Assembly (NCBI GenBank): GCA_033762295.1
Contig: JANRLW010000070.1
Location: forward strand, 13,371 to 77,370
DNA: 64,000 bases
Direction of reading: 5' to 3'
Source: Capsulimonadales bacterium
GTDB taxonomy: Bacteria; Armatimonadota; Armatimonadia; Armatimonadales; Armatimonadaceae
The translations under genes were made by a program, and so were the position numbers. This document shows, piece by piece, positions 59,586 through 64,000 of this stretch. The notes under the pieces are model-generated. The model was not told the origin of the DNA. It worked only from the letters and a program-made list of their open reading frames with translations, and made no database searches. Each line of letters opens with the position of its first letter. The first letter of the stretch is position 1.

Positions 59586-61391
59586 TTACCGTCGCGTCTT
59601 CCCGAGCACCTTCAGGTACAGGGTGAGGTTGTCGCATTCCCGTAAGAGCGCCTGACGGGCCGGTTCGGTCATGCCGGGCCGGGAGGCATCCCGGCGCGCG
59701 GACGCCAGCCAGAAACGGCAGCGTTTCATCGCCTCCTCCATCGCTTTCCGGTACGGGACCGGATCGCCCTCCGACGACCGGGACGCCTGATCCATCCGAC
59801 CCTGAAGGTTCTGCGCACGGTTGAAATAGTAACGCACGCGGGCGAGGGCCGCCGCCGGACGGATCGGTATCAGCCCGTTCGGACCGCTCAGACCGTTCGG
59901 ACCCCGGTCGTTGACCGGAAGCGTCAGGGAACGGGAAACCACGGCGGGCAGCGGCAGTGTCAGGTCGAGGGAGGAAGGATCGGAGTTGAAATAAACCTGC
60001 GGAAGTTCATCCGGTATATGGTCGTTCCAAAAGACCGCCACCTGCGCCTTCAGGGTTGCGGATCGCGGATTCCCCTTCTTCGATCCCGGCTCCAGCGGGA
60101 TCATGATCCGATCGCTTTGACCGAAATCACTGAACCCACCGGAGGAACCGAGGGAGATATAGTCGTTGCCGACATCATCCCGGAACAGTATTTCGTTTCC
60201 GCCGGAGTACGTTCGATCGGCGTCCGGGAGGGGAGACAGGTAGAATTGCGTCGGAAGGTCGGCAAGGTTTTTCCCCCCTCCCCAGCCTTTGATCCGCAGA
60301 AGAAGATGCCCGTCCGCATCCCGCCCGGTGACCTGGATATCGACGACCGTGCTGCCCGGCGCCGCAATCTCCTTTTCGCTCTCCCGGATCGTCACCGGCA
60401 GACGCCGGTCGACAATCGGCGTTCCGGGCGGCGGATCGATCGTCCGAACCTGCTCCGGTATCGCCAGGCCGTAGGTCAAATTCAGTTCCCCTTTGGGCCG
60501 AACCGCATCCGAATCGGCCGACGCGCCGTTCACGACCGTTTGCGACTGGTACGGCGATCTCCCTTTCCACTCCAGAAAGATCCGTGTCGGCAGTCCGGTT
60601 TGCCGGTTCAGGACGACGGTCGCGCGTTCCTGCAGCCCGTTCGCCTCCATCGTCATGCCCATCGTGGGGGCTGTCAACGGCGCGAACGGGGTTTTTACCG
60701 TCATGGTCGCCGCATTCTGCGAAAGAATCTCCTTCGACTTCGACAGGGAGCGGGAAAAGCGTGTCCAATCCTCCAGCGGGTCGACACGATAGGTCAGCGT
60801 CCCATGGTTGTAGGGTCCCCCCGCGCCGCCGTTAATGCGCGCATCGATCAGGATCACGCCTTTCTTCCCCGGCTCGCGCGGCGCGACGTACCGCAGGGAG
60901 AAGTCGTTCTCGGTGATCAGGAGGTCGTCGCCCAGTTGCTCCCGATAGAAAACGGGCTTTCGCTGTCCCCAGATCTCCCAGCGCTTCTTTTCCTTGCCGA
61001 CCATGCGCCAGCCGACGAAATGCCAGGTTTCCGGTCGGGGAACGGACGGTCGTTTCCGGGCGATGGCCGGAACCTCCGGGGGCGGCGACAGGACATACTG
61101 CCGGGCGAGCAGAGCGACCCCGATCAGGGCCGCCGCCGTGATACCGAGAGCCGGATAAAGCGAGGATCGTTTCTTTTCCATGGCATTCCTTGGGTGGGGA
61201 GGGGCGTCCCCGAGCGAAGCGAGCGCGGGCGGCGCGGACAGTCCCGATCGACGCGCCAGACCGTCGATGCGGTTCAGCGCCAGGGCGTACGCGCGACAGG
61301 AAGCGCAGGTGACGAGATGAGCCAGTATCGCCGGGGTCCGGACCCGCTGGCGGATCTCGGAACGAACGGAATCACAGTTTTCGAGGGACAC
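59586..61391 (-). CDS. Zinc-binding anti-sigma factor with TM and large extracytoplasmic domain
   Basis: C..V...HLVTCASC (ZAS HxxxCxxC), single TM; overlaps the ECF sigma gene. Confidence 0.75.
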   Translation of the reverse strand: MSLENCDSVRSEIRQRVRTPAILAHLVTCASCRAYALALNRIDGLARRSGLSAPPALASLGDAPPHPRNAMEKKRSSLYPALGITAAALIGVALLARQYVLSPPPEVPAIARKRPSVPRPETWHFVGWRMVGKEKKRWEIWGQRKPVFYREQLGDDLLITENDFSLRYVAPREPGKKGVILIDARINGGAGGPYNHGTLTYRVDPLEDWTRFSRSLSKSKEILSQNAATMTVKTPFAPLTAPTMGMTMEANGLQERATVVLNRQTGLPTRIFLEWKGRSPYQSQTVVNGASADSDAVRPKGELNLTYGLAIPEQVRTIDPPPGTPIVDRRLPVTIRESEKEIAAPGSTVVDIQVTGRDADGHLLLRIKGWGGGKNLADLPTQFYLSPLPDADRTYSGGNEILFRDDVGNDYISLGSSGGFSDFGQSDRIMIPLEPGSKKGNPRSATLKAQVAVFWNDHIPDELPQVYFNSDPSSLDLTLPLPAVVSRSLTLPVNDRGPNGLSGPNGLIPIRPAAALARVRYYFNRAQNLQGRMDQASRSSEGDPVPYRKAMEEAMKRCRFWLASARRDASRPGMTEPARQALLRECDNLTLYLKVLGKTRR

Positions 61392-61965
61392 GACCGGCTC
61401 CTTTCGGCAGGGTGACGACGTCGGATACGTGACAGGAAAGGCGGTCGTACAGCAGACGGATCGCTTTGTCCAGTCGGGATTGGACCGTTCCGAGCGGGAT
61501 TTCGAGCAGTTCGGCCACCTCGCGATACTTCATCTCCTCAACCCGCGTCAGCAGGTACACCACCCGATAGTGCTCCGGAAGACTCGCCAGGACGGTTTCC
61601 AGCGCCGACTCCAGTTCCCGGGCGGAGAGCAGGGCAAACGGATCGGCGTCCGGCGCGGCGACCGGCAGGTCCTCGTCCAGAGGAACGTTCTGCGGGGCGT
61701 CACGCCGGGAAGCGCACCAGCGACGGTACGCGATCCCGCAAAGCCAGGTCGGGAACGCCCCCTCCCCCCGCCAGTCGGCCAGATGCTGGTACGCGGCCAG
61801 GAACGTCTCCTGAACGAGGTCCTCGCTTTCGGCGTTGTTGCCGCCGGTCAGGCGACGCAGCAGGCGAAAAACACGGGGACCGTGCCGACGGTACAGGAGG
61901 GCAAAGGCGTTTTTGTCCCCCGCGAGCGTCTTTCGAACCAGAACGGTATCCATCAGCCGGTGCAT
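61372..61965 (-). CDS. ECF RNA polymerase sigma factor
   Basis: GDKNAF..LY, EDLVQETFL, FPTWL, LP..YRVV, YREVAELLEIPLGTVQSRL. Confidence 0.92.
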   Translation of the reverse strand: MHRLMDTVLVRKTLAGDKNAFALLYRRHGPRVFRLLRRLTGGNNAESEDLVQETFLAAYQHLADWRGEGAFPTWLCGIAYRRWCASRRDAPQNVPLDEDLPVAAPDADPFALLSARELESALETVLASLPEHYRVVYLLTRVEEMKYREVAELLEIPLGTVQSRLDKAIRLLYDRLSCHVSDVVTLPKGAGRVPRKL

Positions 61966-62106
61966 CTTTTCGGATTCCCTGATGATGAGTATCCCGAATC
62001 GTCCGATTGTTCGAACCGTCCGGTGTCGATTCGAAACTTTCGCCGGAATCTTTTCGGCGAAACGACCCGCACAAGATCGGAGGTCGAGGTTCCGTTGCGC
62101 GGACGC

Positions 62107-62140
62107 CCGTCCGATCCGTCCGATCCGTCCGATCCGTCCG
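62107..62140. repeat. Intergenic 9-bp tandem repeat
   Basis: CCGTCCGAT x3 plus a partial copy. Confidence 0.85.
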
Positions 62141-62256
62141 GCGGGAAGGGGACCCGCACTCTTCCGTCTAATCTAAGGCGGCGTTTCCCCGTCCGGGGTC
62201 GGGCGGGGCGCACCGCACTCTTTCGTACTGAAAATCCGATCAAGGAGCCCCTATAC

Positions 62257-63282
62257 ATGAAAGTCGGTATCCTCACCGGGGGAGGCGATTGCCCCGGCCT
62301 CAATCCCGCCATTCGCGGCGTCGTCTATCGCGGCCTGGACTTCGGTTTCGAGTTCGTCGGCATTCAGGAAGGCTGGCGCGGCCTGGTCAAGGGTATCTAC
62401 GAGCCGTTGACCCTGAAGGACGTCGAAGAGATCCACTACCAGGGCGGAACGATCCTCGGTTCCTCGCGGACCAACCCGTTCAAGAAACCCGAAGACCTGG
62501 AAGCCGTCCTGGGCAATATCCGATCCGCCGGTTTCGATGCCATCGTCGCCTGCGGCGGCGAGGATACCCTGGGTGTGGCCGCCAAACTCTTCAGCCAGCA
62601 TAACGTTCCCACGGTCGGCGTTCCCAAGACGATGGATAACGACCTGAACCTGACCGACTTTACCTTCGGTTTCGACACGGCGGCGGCGGTCGGCATGGAA
62701 GCGCTGGACCGCCTGCGGGACACCGCCCGCTCCCATCGGCGCGTCATGGTCCTCGAAGTCATGGGTCGCCATGCCGGCTGGGTCGCCCTCTACGTCGGAC
62801 TTGCCGGCGGCGCGGACTGGATCACGCTGCCGGAGGAAGCCCTGGATGTGGACGCCCTGTGCGCCCATCTGGAGGCGGTGAAGGCTCGCGGCAAGAAATA
62901 CGCCCTGATTGTCGCGTCCGAAGGCACCGAAATTCCGATGAACGACGAAGAGAAGACGGTCGATGCGTTCGGACATGTCAACCTCTCCAACCGGAATGTC
63001 GGCGAGTATCTGGCCTCGGCGATCCAGGAGAAGACCGGATGGGAGACCCGATCGGCGGTCGTCGGCCACGTGCATCGCGGCGGCGCGCCCACCCTCTTCG
63101 ACCGGGTGCTCGGTCAGCGGGTCGGCGTCAAGGCGGCCGAGATGGTGCGTGATAAGGACTTCGGCAAGATGGCCGCCCTCCAGGGCACCCGGGTCGTCGC
63201 CGTCGATATCGTCCAGGCAACCGCCAACCTGAAGATCGTGCCCGCCGAACTGATCGAAACGGTCAAGACGTTCCGAAAATAA
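62257..63282 (+). CDS. pfkA: 6-phosphofructokinase (group III, GGED/PKTMDND type)
   Basis: LTGGGDCPGLN, GGTILGSSR, GGEDT, PKTMDND, EVMGRHAGW. Confidence 0.93.
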   Translation: MKVGILTGGGDCPGLNPAIRGVVYRGLDFGFEFVGIQEGWRGLVKGIYEPLTLKDVEEIHYQGGTILGSSRTNPFKKPEDLEAVLGNIRSAGFDAIVACGGEDTLGVAAKLFSQHNVPTVGVPKTMDNDLNLTDFTFGFDTAAAVGMEALDRLRDTARSHRRVMVLEVMGRHAGWVALYVGLAGGADWITLPEEALDVDALCAHLEAVKARGKKYALIVASEGTEIPMNDEEKTVDAFGHVNLSNRNVGEYLASAIQEKTGWETRSAVVGHVHRGGAPTLFDRVLGQRVGVKAAEMVRDKDFGKMAALQGTRVVAVDIVQATANLKIVPAELIETVKTFRK

Positions 63283-63369
63283 ATCGGACGAGCCGGCAGC
63301 CGGTCGGGGCCGCGCCGCAGGGTACGGCCCCGATCTTCGAATGATACAATACGCCGGGGGTACGGGATA

Positions 63370-63708
63370 TTGGCTATGGAGGCGGAGGAGTTTCGTCGAC
63401 GAGTACGTCAGGCATTCGGGGAAGACCTGCACCGCGCCTCTCCGGCCTCCGTCCGGGAGTTCCTGGATCACCTGCCCCTGACCACCGTCGTCAAAGATGA
63501 CGGAAAATACTACCTGGACGAGACCGCGAAATCGTACGAAGAGGTGATGCGCACCTTCTTCAACCGGGTTCTGGACCTTCCCGCCGAACAGGCGGCGCAG
63601 ATGCTCTGGGCCGTCGCTTTCGACCTGGCGTACGCCGTCATCGAATCGCATGACGCCGAACGCATCGGTCACCTCTTCCGTGGCTTCGACGACCCCTCGA
63701 TGGACTGA
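63370..63708 (+). CDS. Hypothetical protein
   Basis: 112-aa ORF with host-like codon usage. Confidence 0.65.
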   Translation: MAMEAEEFRRRVRQAFGEDLHRASPASVREFLDHLPLTTVVKDDGKYYLDETAKSYEEVMRTFFNRVLDLPAEQAAQMLWAVAFDLAYAVIESHDAERIGHLFRGFDDPSMD

Positions 63709-63720
63709 GTCCGCTCCGGT

Positions 63721-64000
63721 TCAGGGCTCCTTCAGGCAGGCGACGGCATACGGCAACAGGGAGACGTTAATCCGTCCCTGCTCGGACAGGAGATATGTCC
63801 CCGCCGAAATCAGGAACGGTCCGGGGCGGGCGCAGGCTTCCACGACGTTGCGTTCGTCCAGAAAGCGGGCATGGGCCGTCGTCCCCGTGAACGGCACGGT
63901 CACGGTGATCGGCTGGTGCGTGAGGTTGGCGATCAGCGTCAGCGGTCCGACGCGCACGCCCGCCGCGCGGCGCGGATCGTCCGCGGACAGGGGGAACGCC
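63721..64000 (-). CDS. C-terminal part of a hypothetical protein, start outside window
   Basis: Open frame to the edge, ending LIANLT...FLDE...LLPYAVACL. Confidence 0.6.
   Translation of the reverse strand, partial: AFPLSADDPRRAAGVRVGPLTLIANLTHQPITVTVPFTGTTAHARFLDERNVVEACARPGPFLISAGTYLLSEQGRINVSLLPYAVACLKEP

Noticed and set aside
62107..62140. 9-bp tandem repeats (also 5224-5257) as functional elements
   Set aside because: Short slippage-type repeats with no shared motif or supporting context

Overview
This is a GC-rich bacterial chromosomal segment, probably Armatimonadota. That assignment is an inference from two prepilin-type DUF1559 proteins ([28 protein letters not shown]) and the alaS..ruvX..mltG-yqeG order. 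The left part (1-16.5 kb) has a higBA locus with a nonsense-inactivated toxin, nagA, membrane and oxidoreductase genes, a beta-helix lipoprotein, and a pair of AAA_35/STAND ATPases: a membrane-anchored WD40 protein and a cyclase-TIR-ATPase. The middle (16.6-36.4 kb) holds two accessory segments lying in tandem downstream of an initiator tRNA-Met, delimited by three copies of the tRNA 3' end plus terminator. The first segment is a sulfur-starvation (ssu/tauD) island. Its three transcription units each begin with a sigma70 promoter followed by the same conserved structured RNA leader (small hairpin plus terminator), and it encodes a small DUF2292/YezD protein; together these suggest an attenuation/antitermination system. 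The second segment carries a LuxR-like regulator and an operon of a small ORF, two LuxI/FeeM-fold N-acyltransferases, a heme-oxygenase-like diiron enzyme and a methyltransferase, a candidate signal or natural-product pathway. The right part (36.9-64 kb) is mostly housekeeping: peroxiredoxin/redoxin, alaS, ruvX, mltG, yqeG, trhO-like, phosphoesterases, ispG, ECF sigma/anti-sigma and pfk. All assignments come from motif recognition by eye; no searches were run.
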